Assembly (NCBI GenBank): GCA_963766715.1
Contig: CAVYBH010000012.1
Location: 640,001-704,000 of the forward strand
Direction: 5' to 3'
Length of the DNA stretch: 64,000 bases
From: an uncultured delta proteobacterium
GTDB lineage: Bacteria; Myxococcota; Myxococcia; Myxococcales; Anaeromyxobacteraceae
Shown: piece by piece, positions 1 through 10,227 of the stretch
Position numbering within the stretch: the stretch's first letter is position 1
How the letters are laid out: every line of letters begins with the position of its first letter
The notes under the pieces: model-generated
Databases searched by the model: none
Seen by the model: only the letters and a program-made list of their open reading frames with translations
What the model was told of the DNA's origin: nothing
Translations under genes and position numbers: made by a program

Positions 1-32
1 AAGGCAGTGCTCTACCGCTGAGCTAAGCGCCC
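1..32 (-). tRNA. tRNA 5' half (probably tRNA-Val), truncated by the window edge
   Basis: Reverse complement GGGCGCTTAGCTCAGCGGTAGAGCACTGCCTT gives the acceptor 5' strand, the D-arm (TAGCTCAG..GGTAGAGC) and the anticodon-stem 5' strand CTGCC-TT. The anticodon is outside the window; Val is inferred from resemblance only. Confidence 0.85.
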
Positions 33-79
33 TTGAACCCGGAAACGGCCGCGGAGTATGCCCGCCGACCCCAACCCTG

Positions 80-374
80 TCAACGCTTCCGCTCCCCGTC
101 CACCTGCCTCGACAGGTCCCTCAGCTTCCGCTTCAGCCGGGCCATGCTGCGGGCCACGTCGTCGTAGTCGCCGCGGGTGGGAAGCCCGGCGGCGTGGAGC
201 ACCCGCCCCTGCACCTCCTCCAGCTTCCGCTTCCCCTTCTGCGCGGCTCCGACGGCCGCGGCGATCGCCTCCTGCCCTCGCGGGTCATCGAGGACCACCT
301 TCGCGGCGCGCGTCGCCATACCGCGTGCCCCGCTCCAGGATCGCCTCGGGAATCCCCTTTCGCCTCTCGCTCAT
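80..374 (-). CDS. Small coiled-coil hypothetical protein with a phasin/PhaF-like C-terminal motif (1 frameshift near 320)
   Basis: MSERRKGIPEAILERG (ATG 374 overlaps the SCP2 stop as ATGA) joins ORF 80..319 ...LHAAGLPTRGDYDDVARSMARLKRKL. Confidence 0.55.
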
Positions 375-800
375 CGCACCACCTCGTCCGGAAACGTGGT
401 CGCCACGGACCGCAGCGCCTCGTCGAGGATGTACCTGTAGGTGGCCCTTCGCACCAGCCCTTCCAGGTCCCCCTCCACCTTCACCTGCCCGGACAGGGCC
501 GCCTTCACCGGGTCGACCCGCCCCAGCAGGATCTCCTTCCAGGTCCGGAAGGGCGCGCGCACGACGTAGGCCGGATCGAGCTCGAGCACGTCGTCCTCGT
601 CCTCGAGGACGCGCCACTCGGCGATGACGCCACCGGCCTGCCGTCCCCATACCGCGACGCCGCGCCGGGAAGGTCTTCCCGTCCCGCTCCACCACGACGG
701 CCAGGTCGGTTCCCAGGCCGGCGAGGGCCCGGGCCAGGTCGGGATTCCGGTTGACCGAGGCCACCACGGCATCGACCCAGGGGGACGAGGCGAAGAGCAT
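371..800 (-). CDS. SCP2 sterol/lipid-binding domain protein (1 frameshift near 660)
   Basis: MLFASSPWVDAVVASVN... joins ...WKEILLGRVDPVKAALSGQVKVEGDL, the typical SCP2 C-terminal motif. Confidence 0.75.
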
Positions 801-802
801 CG

Positions 803-2413
803 CTACCCTCGCGTCAGCCACCCGAAGATCCCGCGCCGCTGCTCCCGGGGCGCGGCCCCGGCGGCGCCGGCCGTGGGAGACTTCTCGGCGATGGCGCGCC
901 GGAGCGTCTCGGGCGTGTCGCGCGTGGCGAACGGCACCTCGATCATGCCCCGCTCCGGGTCGTCGAAGGACACCCGCAGCAGGCACTCCTCGTCGAGCTT
1001 GAAGTCGATGCGGCGGCCCGTGGCCGCGGCCGGCAGGCGAAGCGAGCCCAGGAACTCGTCGTCGACGATCTGGTCGGAGTCGCCCTGGTAGATGTCGATC
1101 TCGATGGGCTTGCCGGGCTCGCGCGGCGGGGGAAGCCGGAAGCTGCGCGTGGCCGGGATGGGCTGGTTCTTCTCGAGCACCCGCCGCATCCGGTCGTTGG
1201 GGGCCGCGATCCCGATGGGCATGGAGAGCACGTCGACGAGCGTCACCGAGTCGATGCTGTCGAGCGAGTCGCCGAGCAGCGCCGCGCCGAGCGCCACGCA
1301 CTCGTCCGGGTGGACGCCCTTGCGGGGCGGCTTCCCGAAGTGCTCCCGGATGCGCTGCTGCACGAGCGGCATGCGGCTCTGCCCGCCGACGAGGATGATC
1401 TCGTCGATGTCCGCCCGGGAGATGCCCTTCTGCTCCAGCACCTCGTCGCAGATCTGGAAGGTGCGATCGACGAGATCGCTCGTCAGCTCCTCGAGCTGCT
1501 GCCGGGAGATGGGCATCCGCAGGTCGAGGGGCTTCCCCTTTCGCTCCTCGACGAAGGGCAGGTCGAGCACGGTGTTGGGGATGAGGGAGAGGTCGATCTT
1601 GGCCGCCTCGGCGGCCTTCTTCACCCGCTGCAGCGGGATGGGCGACTGGGCCAGGTCGATCTTGTGCTCGCGCCAGAAGGAATCGAGGGCCCAGTCGATG
1701 ATCCGGTTGTCGAAGTCCACCCCGCCCAGGAACGTGTCGCCGCCGGTCGCCACCACCTCGAAGACGTTCTGCTGCAGCTGCAGGACCGACACGTCGAAGG
1801 TACCGCCGCCCAGGTCGTAGACGAGCACCTTCTGGTCGAGCCCCCGGTTGAATCCGTAGGCGAGCGCCGCCGCGGTCGGCTCGTTCACGATCCGCTTCAC
1901 CTCGAAGCCGGCCAGCCGCCCGGCCTCCTTCACGGCGTGGCGCTGGTTGTCGTTGTAGTAGGCCGGGACCGAGATGATGGCCTGGGGCATCGCCCTTCCC
2001 AGGAAGGCCTCGGCGATCTTCTTCACGTGGGCGAGCACCATCCCGGAGATCTCCGGGAGCCCGTAGACCTTCCCGCCCAGGGACACGGCGGCCTCGCCCT
2101 GCGGCCCCTCCACGATGTCGTACGAGTAGTACGACCGGAGGTCCTGGACGACGCGGGAGTTGAACTTGCGCCCGATGAGCCGCTTGGCGCCGTAGATGGT
2201 GTTGCGCGGGTTGGTGAGGAGCTGGTCCTTGGCCGCGCCACCCACCAGGAAGTCCCCTCGCCCGGAGAGCGCGACGACGCTCGGCAGGATGAGGCTTCCC
2301 TTGTCGGTGGGCACGATCCGCGGGATCCGGTTGCGGACGTGGGCCACGCAGGTGTTCGTGGTCCCCAGGTCGATCCCGACGATGGGCTTGTCCCGGCTCG
2401 GCGGAGGAGGCAT
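803..2413 (-). CDS. Hsp70 family protein (DnaK paralogue, short divergent C-terminus)
   Basis: VGIDLGTTNT, ISVPAYY, IVNEPTAAALAYG, VYDLGGGTFDVS, LVGGQSRMP motifs. Confidence 0.92.
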   Translation of the reverse strand: MPPPPSRDKPIVGIDLGTTNTCVAHVRNRIPRIVPTDKGSLILPSVVALSGRGDFLVGGAAKDQLLTNPRNTIYGAKRLIGRKFNSRVVQDLRSYYSYDIVEGPQGEAAVSLGGKVYGLPEISGMVLAHVKKIAEAFLGRAMPQAIISVPAYYNDNQRHAVKEAGRLAGFEVKRIVNEPTAAALAYGFNRGLDQKVLVYDLGGGTFDVSVLQLQQNVFEVVATGGDTFLGGVDFDNRIIDWALDSFWREHKIDLAQSPIPLQRVKKAAEAAKIDLSLIPNTVLDLPFVEERKGKPLDLRMPISRQQLEELTSDLVDRTFQICDEVLEQKGISRADIDEIILVGGQSRMPLVQQRIREHFGKPPRKGVHPDECVALGAALLGDSLDSIDSVTLVDVLSMPIGIAAPNDRMRRVLEKNQPIPATRSFRLPPPREPGKPIEIDIYQGDSDQIVDDEFLGSLRLPAAATGRRIDFKLDEECLLRVSFDDPERGMIEVPFATRDTPETLRRAIAEKSPTAGAAGAAPREQRRGIFGWLTRG

Positions 2414-2475
2414 CTCGGCGAACGGTAGCACGGACCGGGCCGCCCTTCCCCTTTCCGTGACCGGCGAAGTGTGGG

Positions 2476-4605
2476 CTAGAAGGGGACGTCCTCCTCTCCA
2501 CCCCCTCCTTCGTCCTCCTTCCCGGAAGCGAAGAGCCTGGGCATGGCCATGGCACCTGCAATGGGTTGGGCGTCCGGGCCGGGCCCCAGGGCCGGCGTCC
2601 CCGGACCCTCGTCGAGCTGCCAGCGCTCGTAGACGGCCGGCTCCCCGGGCAGCTCCTCCAGGAAGCGGGAGGCCTTCAGCACGACCCGTTCCCGGTCCCG
2701 CGGCGCCGCGACGAGGGGGTGGCAGAGGGTCAGCTCGTCCCGGGCGCGCGTGCAGGCCACGTAGAAGAGACGCCGCTCCTCCTCCTCGCCGTCCGGGTCG
2801 CGGAGCGCCTGGGCGCTCGGGAAGCGACCGTCGGCCAGCCACACGACGAAGACCGCCCGCCACTCGAGCCCCTTCGCCTGGTGGACGCTCGACAGGACCA
2901 TCTTCTCGTCCGGCTCCTCCCCTTCGGCCACCGTCTCGGCGGTCAGCTCGGTGAGCAGCGCGATCTCGGAGAGGAAGGCCTCCCCGTCCTCGTAGCCCCG
3001 GGCGTAGTCGGCCAGCTGGCGGATGTCCTCCACGCGGGAATCGGCGTTCAGGAATGCGGTCCGGAGGTACTCCTCGTAGCCGCCGTCGAGGACCTTCTCG
3101 ATGCACTCCCCGGGGAGATCGCGCGTGGGGGCCCGGGTCAGGGAGCGGAGCAGCTCGGCCGCCCGCCGGTAGCCGTCCCGCGCCTTCGGGGGGACGTGCG
3201 AGGCCACGTCGGGCGACAGCAGCTCGTCCGCCGAGCCCGCCCCGCCCCGCCGGCGCGCCGCCAGCGCGTTCCACACCAGGTCGGCCGTCATGCTCCCGAT
3301 CCCCGGAAAGAGCTTGAGCACCCGCTTGAGCGCCAGCTCGTCGCCCGGGTTGTGCGCGAACCGGAGGTGGGCGAGCACGTCCTTGATGTGGGCGGCCTCG
3401 AAGAACCGGACGCCGCTGCGAACCACGAACGGAATGCCGCGCCGGGCCAGCTCGAACTGGATCTCCATCGAATGATGGTGGGCCCGGTAGAGGACGGCGA
3501 TCTCCGGGAGCGGGAAGCCCTCGTCCCGGAGCTCGAGGACCCGCTGCGCCACGAAGGCCGCCTGCTGCTCCACGTTCCTGCAGGGAACGAGGCCGGGCAG
3601 CGACCCGGACGGGCGCACGCTGCGCAGCTCCTTCGGGAACTGCTTGAAGTTGTTCTCGATGGACGCGTTGGCGAGCTCGAGGATCTCCGGGGTGGAGCGG
3701 TAGTTGACGGTGAGGTGGAACCGGTGCGCGTCCGGGTAGCGCTTCTCGAAGTCCAGGATGTTCGCGAAGTGGGCGCCGCGGAACGAGTAGATGCTCTGCG
3801 CGTCGTCGCCGACCACGCACAGGTTCCGGTGGTGCGAGGCGACGAGGTCCACCACGTCGCCCTGGAGGCGGTTGGTGTCCTGGTACTCGTCGACCAGCAC
3901 GTGGCGGAATCGCTCGGCGAGGAGGCGCCGCACGGGCTCGTGCTCGACGAGCAGCACCTTCCAGTTGAGGAGGAGGTCGTCGAAGTCCATCGCGTTCATG
4001 CCGTGCTTCCGCTCGGCGTAGCGGCGAGCCACCCGGAGGATGTCCTCCACGAGCGGCGCGAACTGGGGCCGCCGGTCGATGACCACGTCGGCGAGCGGGG
4101 TCTGGGTGTTCACCGCCATGGAGACGAGGTCGATGAGGACGTCGGCCTTCGGGAACCGCCGCGCGCCGACGGCCAGGCCGCAATCGGCGATGGAGGCGCT
4201 CATCACGTCGCGCCCGTCCTCCCGATCGAGGATGGAGTAGCCCTTCTCGTAGCCGAGCAGCGGGGCGTGCTCCCGGAGCACCCGGTGCGCCACGTGGTGG
4301 AAGGTGCCGCCCCAGATCCGGCGGGTGTCGATGCGCGCCACCTCCTCGACGCGCCGGAGCATCTCGCGGGCCGCCTTGTTGGTGAAGGTGAGGAGGAGGA
4401 GTCCCTCGGGATCGAGCCCGTCGTGGAGCAGGCGCGCCACCCGCCAGGTCAGCGTCCGGGTCTTTCCGGAACCGGCGCCGGCGATGACGAGGAGCGGGCC
4501 GTCCGGCGCCTCGACCACCGCCTGCTGCTCGTCGTTGAGCGCACCGCCGGCATCGAAGGCGCGGGGCGCACCGGCGGCAGGTCGCAGCTGGTAGCGGCGC
4601 GTCAT
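2476..4605 (-). CDS. ATP-dependent DNA helicase, UvrD/PcrA/Rep (SF1) family
   Basis: AGAGSGKT Walker A, LTFTNKAA, VLVDEYQD, VGDDAQSIYSFRGA, NYRS, HQAKGLEW, EERRLFYVACTRAR. Confidence 0.93.
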   Translation of the reverse strand: MTRRYQLRPAAGAPRAFDAGGALNDEQQAVVEAPDGPLLVIAGAGSGKTRTLTWRVARLLHDGLDPEGLLLLTFTNKAAREMLRRVEEVARIDTRRIWGGTFHHVAHRVLREHAPLLGYEKGYSILDREDGRDVMSASIADCGLAVGARRFPKADVLIDLVSMAVNTQTPLADVVIDRRPQFAPLVEDILRVARRYAERKHGMNAMDFDDLLLNWKVLLVEHEPVRRLLAERFRHVLVDEYQDTNRLQGDVVDLVASHHRNLCVVGDDAQSIYSFRGAHFANILDFEKRYPDAHRFHLTVNYRSTPEILELANASIENNFKQFPKELRSVRPSGSLPGLVPCRNVEQQAAFVAQRVLELRDEGFPLPEIAVLYRAHHHSMEIQFELARRGIPFVVRSGVRFFEAAHIKDVLAHLRFAHNPGDELALKRVLKLFPGIGSMTADLVWNALAARRRGGAGSADELLSPDVASHVPPKARDGYRRAAELLRSLTRAPTRDLPGECIEKVLDGGYEEYLRTAFLNADSRVEDIRQLADYARGYEDGEAFLSEIALLTELTAETVAEGEEPDEKMVLSSVHQAKGLEWRAVFVVWLADGRFPSAQALRDPDGEEEERRLFYVACTRARDELTLCHPLVAAPRDRERVVLKASRFLEELPGEPAVYERWQLDEGPGTPALGPGPDAQPIAGAMAMPRLFASGKEDEGGGGEEDVPF

Positions 4606-4688
4606 CGAGCCCGGAATCGTAGCAGCGCGGTCCGACACCCCGATATCGCCGGGCCCGGGAAATGGACGGCGGCCTCGTCGTGGGTAGC

Positions 4689-5363
4689 ATGGCGCTCATG
4701 GCGGCATCTCGCGCGTTCCTCCTGGCAAGCCTGGCGATCGGTTCCCTCGCCTGCGCCAGCACCGGGGGATCCCAGGCCCGCCGACCCCTGCCCCCGCCCG
4801 CCGGTGATGGCCGGGCCGGTGCCCGCGAAGCTCGCGGCGCCGGCCCGGCACTCGCTTCGCAGGCGGCGCCCGCCCCCGAGCTGAAGCCGGACGTTCGCCT
4901 CGCCGTGGACGCGGCCCAGTCCCTCGTCGGCCACCGCGAGGTCGTGGTGGACGGCCGCAACTACGGTCCGGGGTGCACCGCGCTGGTCCGCGCCGCCTTC
5001 GACCACGCCGGCAAGCCCCTTCCCGCCGACGCGAAGAGCGCGGGCGCCCTGCTCGAGGTGGCTCGCGGGCGCGGCGCGCTGCGGACCGGGATCCGCTTCG
5101 CTCCCGGAGACGTCCTCTTCCTGGCCGACAAGCCGGGCGGCGCGCCGGCCCACGTCGGCCTGGTCGCGCGGGTCGATCCGGACGGAACCGCCCTCGTCCT
5201 CCACCGGCTCGCCCGCGGCGTGACCCGGATGCGGGTCAACCTCGGCTATCCGGCGCGCGTCGCCGACCCCTCCACCGGCAAGCGGCTGAACGACACGCTC
5301 CAGGTGGGCCAGAGCACCGCGCCGGCGGGGAGTCTCGTCGTCGGCGTCGCCACGCTGCTCTGA
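4689..5363 (+). CDS. Putative lipoprotein with CHAP/NlpC-P60-like peptidoglycan hydrolase domain
   Basis: Lipobox-like LAIGSLAC; Cys in GCTALV, then PGDVLF and His in AHVGLV, the CHAP/NlpC order. Confidence 0.6.
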   Translation: MALMAASRAFLLASLAIGSLACASTGGSQARRPLPPPAGDGRAGAREARGAGPALASQAAPAPELKPDVRLAVDAAQSLVGHREVVVDGRNYGPGCTALVRAAFDHAGKPLPADAKSAGALLEVARGRGALRTGIRFAPGDVLFLADKPGGAPAHVGLVARVDPDGTALVLHRLARGVTRMRVNLGYPARVADPSTGKRLNDTLQVGQSTAPAGSLVVGVATLL

Positions 5364-5382
5364 GCCGCGGCGCCCTCGCGCC

Positions 5383-6724
5383 TCACGAACGGGGCTTCAG
5401 CCGGGGCAGGTAGCCACCTGGCCGCGCCGGCGGCTCTCCACCGCCCACGTCCACGCGAGACACCGCAGCACGCGGCGGCGCAAGGATCTCCGCCTTCGCC
5501 TGCTTGGCCGTCTCGTGCTCCCCGTTCTCCGCCAGCAACTCGTCGAGGACCCGGAGTGCCTCCCCTTCCCGCCCGTCGGCCTGCAGGGCCCGCGCGAGGA
5601 GGAGCCTGGCCCGCAGGAGCCGGGGATTCCGGGCGGACGAGGCTGCCGAGCGCCGCGAGGTCGGACTCCCCGCGGGCGCCCGCCGCCAGGCTCCGGGCCA
5701 TCTCCACCCACGGGTCGCTGGCGTCCAGCCGGGCGGCCTCCCGCACGGTCAGGCCGAGGGCGGGATCGCCGAGGATCGCCTGTCGGACGGCCTTCACCCG
5801 CAGCGAGGAGAGCGGGCTCGCTCCGGACTTGCGGGCGATCTCCTCCGACGCGGCGGCAGCCGCGAACAGCTCCCGCCCACGCTCCTCGATCGGTGCGGCC
5901 TCCCGCCTGGCGTCGCCGAGGCGCAGGGCGATCTCGTCTCGCCGCCGCTCCCAGCCCGGAGCGCGGACCTCGCCTTCCCGGAGCGACTGGGCTTCCAGGG
6001 TGCGGATCCGCTCCCGGAGCGGCGCAAGCTCGTCGCGGGCGTCCGCGGCCAGCCAGAGCATCGCCAGCGACCGGAGGGCGGCTGCGTCCCCGGCGTCCTC
6101 GGGCGATGCCCGGGAGGCGACCCGCTCCAGGCTCGCCCGGTCGTCCCGGGCCAGCAGCGACTCGAGCGTCCCCGGGCGGGAGGACGCCGCGGCATCGGCG
6201 CGCTTCCGGGTCGCGAACCAGGCCGCCGCCAGCGCCGCGGCCAGGAGCAGCACCACGAGAAGGATCCAGGGCCATCGCGCTGGCGCCGTCGAGGCGACCG
6301 GTGGGGCCACCGTCACCCGTGCGGGAGAGGGCCGGTGGGTTCCCGGAGGCGCAACCCTGGCCTCGGCCGCACCCGTCGAGGTCGGAGCGGGTGGGGTCGC
6401 GGCGACGTAGCTCGCCGTCTGCTCGGGCGTCGTCCCCCTCGAGAAGTCGAAGACGGCGGTCCGCTCCTCCGCGGGGACCGGCCGCCCGGCGTCGGCCGGG
6501 ACCGGGACGGCCGCGGGCGCGGGAGCCACCGCGGGCGCGGGGGGCGCGGCGGGCGCAAAACGGCTGTCCCCTGGAACCCCGGACGGGACGGCCGCCACGG
6601 ACCCCGGCGGAACGGCGCGAAACACGTGCTGGCAGCGCGTGCACTTCACCTGCGCGCCCCGCGCGGGAAGGCGCTTCTCGTCGAGCTCGTAGACCGTTGC
6701 ACAGCTCTCGCAGCGAATCCGCAA
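5383..6724 (-). CDS. MJ0042-type zinc-ribbon membrane protein with C-terminal TPR-like region (frameshift near 5630)
   Basis: [35 protein letters not shown], Pro/Ala linker, TM segment [18 protein letters not shown]; shifted frame ends ...[11 protein letters not shown] (stop 5383). Confidence 0.75.
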
Positions 6725-6770
6725 GACACCCTCCCAGGCGAGGAAGACTAGCCCATGGCCGCCGGCGCGG

Positions 6771-7166
6771 CTACGGCGGCGTCACGCGGATCCACGGCCT
6801 CGCCCTCTCCATCCGGACCGGGCCAATCCCGCGGACGCGGCGCAGCGAGTCGGGCGACGCGAACGCCCCGTTCTCCTCCCGGTCCCGGACCACCTCGGCG
6901 GCAAGCCCCGACCCGATCCCCGGCACCGCCGCCAGGTCCTCCGCCGACGCACGATTGAGGTCGAGCGGCCGGCCCAGCAGGACGAGCTCCAGCCCCGTGA
7001 GCGGCCTCGGCAGGCCAGGGTCCCCGCGGCAAGCGATCCAGTGCCGCGGGGGCACGCCGCGCCCCTCGGCCTCGCAGTCGCGCGGCGCCCCGGCCGGGAG
7101 GAGCCGCCATGCCGTCGGCGCGAGGCAGGCGAGGACCAGGGTGGCGACCGCGAGGCGCTCGACCAT
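6771..7166 (-). CDS. ComEA-like helix-hairpin-helix DNA-binding protein
   Basis: [22 protein letters not shown]...LRRVRGIGP HhH motifs, hydrophobic N-terminus (alternative TTG start 7184). Confidence 0.8.
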   Translation of the reverse strand: MVERLAVATLVLACLAPTAWRLLPAGAPRDCEAEGRGVPPRHWIACRGDPGLPRPLTGLELVLLGRPLDLNRASAEDLAAVPGIGSGLAAEVVRDREENGAFASPDSLRRVRGIGPVRMERARPWIRVTPP

Positions 7167-7256
7167 GCGGAGGGGTCGCAGCAAACGCCGCGCCAGCGGC
7201 CCGGGGTGGGAATCGGCCGGGAAACGTGCGAGTTATCCGGCCGCGGAGAGGTGACC

Positions 7257-8764
7257 ATGACCAGCCTGACCATCGACGGAGAGAGCCTCACCCTGGAGCA
7301 GATCGAGGGCGTCGCGCGTGGCAGGACCCGCGTCGCGCTCTCCCCGCTGGCCAGGCAGCGCGTCGCCGCGGCTCGGCGCCTCGTCGAGGCCCGCCTCGAC
7401 GACGGCGAGGCGCATTACGGGATCAACACCGGCTTCGGCACGCTCGCCGAGGTCCGGATCCCGCGCGCCGATCTCGGAAAAGCTCCAGCGAAACCTGGTG
7501 CTCTCGCACGCCGCCGGCGTCGGAGCCCCCCTGTCCCTCGAGGAGACCCGCGCGCTCGTCCTCCTGCGGGCGAACGTGCTCGCCAAGGGGCACAGCGGCA
7601 TCCGGGAGGAGACGCTCGACCTCGTCCTCGCGCTGCTCGAGCGGGACTGCATCCCCGTGGTCCCCGAGCGCGGGTCGGTCGGCGCCTCCGGGGACCTCGC
7701 GCCGCTCGCCCACCTCGCACTCCTCGTCATCGGCGAGGGCGAGGCGTGGGTCGGCGGCCAGCGCCTGGCCGGCCGCGAGGCGCTCGCACGGGCCGGGCTG
7801 CGGCCCGTCGTGCTCCAGGCCAAGGAGGGCCTGGCGCTCGTGAACGGCACCCAGGCCATGGTGGCGGTCGGCGCGCTCGCGCAGGTCCGGGCCGATCGGC
7901 TGGCCGCCCTCGCCGACCTGGCCGGCGCCATGACGCTCGAGGGGCTGCTCGGGTCGCACCGCCCCTTCGTCGCCGAGATCCAGAGCGTGCGCGGCCAGCC
8001 CGGCCAGATCGCCGCCGCCGCGCACCTGCGCGAGCTCCTCGCCGGATTCGCCGCTCAACGCGTCGCACCAGGGCCCGGACTGCCACAAGGTCCAGGACCC
8101 CTACTCGCTGCGGTGCATGCCCCAGGTCCACGGCGCGGCTCGCGACGGCCTCGCCTTCTCCCACGGCGTCCTGGCCCGGGAGGCCAACGCCGCCACCGAC
8201 AACCCGCTCGTCTTCGCCGACCAGGGGGACATCGTCTCGGGCGGCAACTTCCACGGGCAGCCGGTGTCGCTGGCGCTCGACGTGCTCGCCATCGCCGCCT
8301 CGCACCTCGCCACGATCTCCGAGCGGCGGGTCGAGCAGCTCGTGAACCCGATGCTCTCCGGGCTGCCCCCGTTCCTGGCCCGCAACCCCGGGCTCGACTC
8401 GGGCTACATGATCGCCCAGGTCACCAGCGCGGCGCTGGTCTCCGAGAACAAGATGCTGGCCCACCCGGCCAGCGTGGACTCCATCCCCTCCTCGGCCGGC
8501 CGGGAGGACCACGTCTCGATGGGCATGACGGCGGCCCTGAAGGCGCGCTCCGTGATCGAGAACGTCCGCACCTGCCTCGCCATCGAGCTGCTGGTCGCGG
8601 CCCAGGCCGTGGACCTTCGCCGGCCGGTGCTGCCCGCGCCGCGCGTCGCCGAGGCCCACCGGCGGCTCCGGGACGCAGTGCCTCACCTCGACGAGGACCG
8701 CGAGCTACACCGGGACATCGAGGCGGTGTGCCGCCTCGTGGACGACGGCGCGCTGGACTTCTAG
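7257..8764 (+). CDS. hutH: Histidine ammonia-lyase (2 frameshifts, near 7478 and 8045)
   Basis: [20 protein letters not shown] motif [55 protein letters not shown]. Confidence 0.93.
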
Positions 8765-10155
8765 CCGGCCTCGACCGGCGGGTGGAGGCAGAGCGCCTCG
8801 TTCAGGGCCGCCACCGCCCGCTTGTAGTCGTCGCGTCCGATGACGAACTGCATGTTCGTCTGGCGAAGCGACTGCGAGACCGCGTTCACGTTGATCCGCT
8901 GATCGGCCAGCGCCTGGGTGGCCCGGGCCAGCACGCCCGGGAAGGCGATGTTGGTCCCGATGGCGCAGACGATGGCCGAGGGCACCACGGTCACCCGCTC
9001 GTAGGCGTTCTCCAGCTCCTCCAGGAAGGGCGCGGTCACGGAACGGTCCCAGACCACCTGGGTGATCGAGTTCGCGTTGGTGGCCTTGAGGATGTAGCTC
9101 ACCCCGTGCCGCGCGAAGACCTCCATCACCTTGGCGTCGAACCCGACGGTCCCCACCATCGAGGGATCGTGGATCTCGATGGCCGTCACCTTGGGCGAGC
9201 CGGCGATGACCTCGATGCGGGCCTTGGTGCCCACGTACTGCTTGGTGATGAGCGTGCCCGGATGGTCCGGCTCGAAGGTGTTCTTCAGGCGGATGGGGAT
9301 GCCGGCCAGCTCCATGGGCTTCGCGGCCTTGGGGTGGATGGCCTCCATGCCCACGTCGGCCAGCTGGTCGGCCACGTCGTAGTTGGTCATGCCCACCACG
9401 ACGGTGTTCTTGGCCCCCACGATCTCGGGGTCGGCCGACGACAGGTGGAACTCCTTGTGGATGATGGCCTCGCCGGGGCGGAGCTCGACCGCCACCTTGC
9501 TGAAGGTGACCTCGGAGTACCCGCGGTCGAACTCCCGCATGATCCCCTCGACGCCCTTCGTGTAGCCGGTCACCACCACCACCTGGCCGGCGACGTCCAC
9601 GCCCTGGAAGGACTTGTGGATGCGCTCGTCGATGGAGAGCGGGTCGTCGTCGTCGAAGCCGGACAGGTCGAGGAGCTGCGCCTTCACGCCCCGCGCCTGC
9701 AGGATGGCCACGCTGTTGAACGCGCTGTGGGCCTCGCCGATGGCCGCGAGCATCTCCCGGGCCGCGAGCAGCACGTTGTCGCGGCGAACGTACCCGCTCG
9801 CCAGCACGTGGCGCATCGAGTCCAGGTAGGCGCGCAGCTCCTTCATGCGCCGGTCGAGGAAATCGTCGGCCACCGCCACGTCGAGCCCCAGGGGCGCGAA
9901 GCCGGCATTGATCTGCTTCAGCTTCGCGAGCAGGACCTCGAGGGCCTGGTGGTAGTCGTCGCCGGAGGCGAACTTGGCGTAGATGCCCGGAACCCCGGAC
10001 TTCTTGTGCTCGAGCAGCTCGTTCGTCACCCCCGCGTAGGCGGAGACGATGTAGACGCGACCGGTCACGTGGCTCGGGTCGCGGAGCATGATGTTCTTGA
10101 GCACGTCGTCGAACTTCGACATCGACGTGCCGCCAATCTTCTCGACGGTGATCAT
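8761..10155 (-). CDS. Aspartate kinase, ectoine-pathway (Ask_Ect)-like subfamily
   Basis: [23 protein letters not shown]-terminus, [40 protein letters not shown]; two C-terminal ACT-like domains. Confidence 0.85.
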   Translation of the reverse strand: MITVEKIGGTSMSKFDDVLKNIMLRDPSHVTGRVYIVSAYAGVTNELLEHKKSGVPGIYAKFASGDDYHQALEVLLAKLKQINAGFAPLGLDVAVADDFLDRRMKELRAYLDSMRHVLASGYVRRDNVLLAAREMLAAIGEAHSAFNSVAILQARGVKAQLLDLSGFDDDDPLSIDERIHKSFQGVDVAGQVVVVTGYTKGVEGIMREFDRGYSEVTFSKVAVELRPGEAIIHKEFHLSSADPEIVGAKNTVVVGMTNYDVADQLADVGMEAIHPKAAKPMELAGIPIRLKNTFEPDHPGTLITKQYVGTKARIEVIAGSPKVTAIEIHDPSMVGTVGFDAKVMEVFARHGVSYILKATNANSITQVVWDRSVTAPFLEELENAYERVTVVPSAIVCAIGTNIAFPGVLARATQALADQRINVNAVSQSLRQTNMQFVIGRDDYKRAVAALNEALCLHPPVEAG

Positions 10156-10227
10156 CTGGGCGTCCTGGAAGGGTCCTGAGAGGGACGCCGAAAAAATCAC
10201 GAAGCGGCGCCAGGGGCAAGTTCGACG

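Noticed and set aside
1..400. Integrative element at the tRNA
   Set aside because: Only the 5' side of the tRNA is in view, and no integrase, att duplication or composition shift is present.
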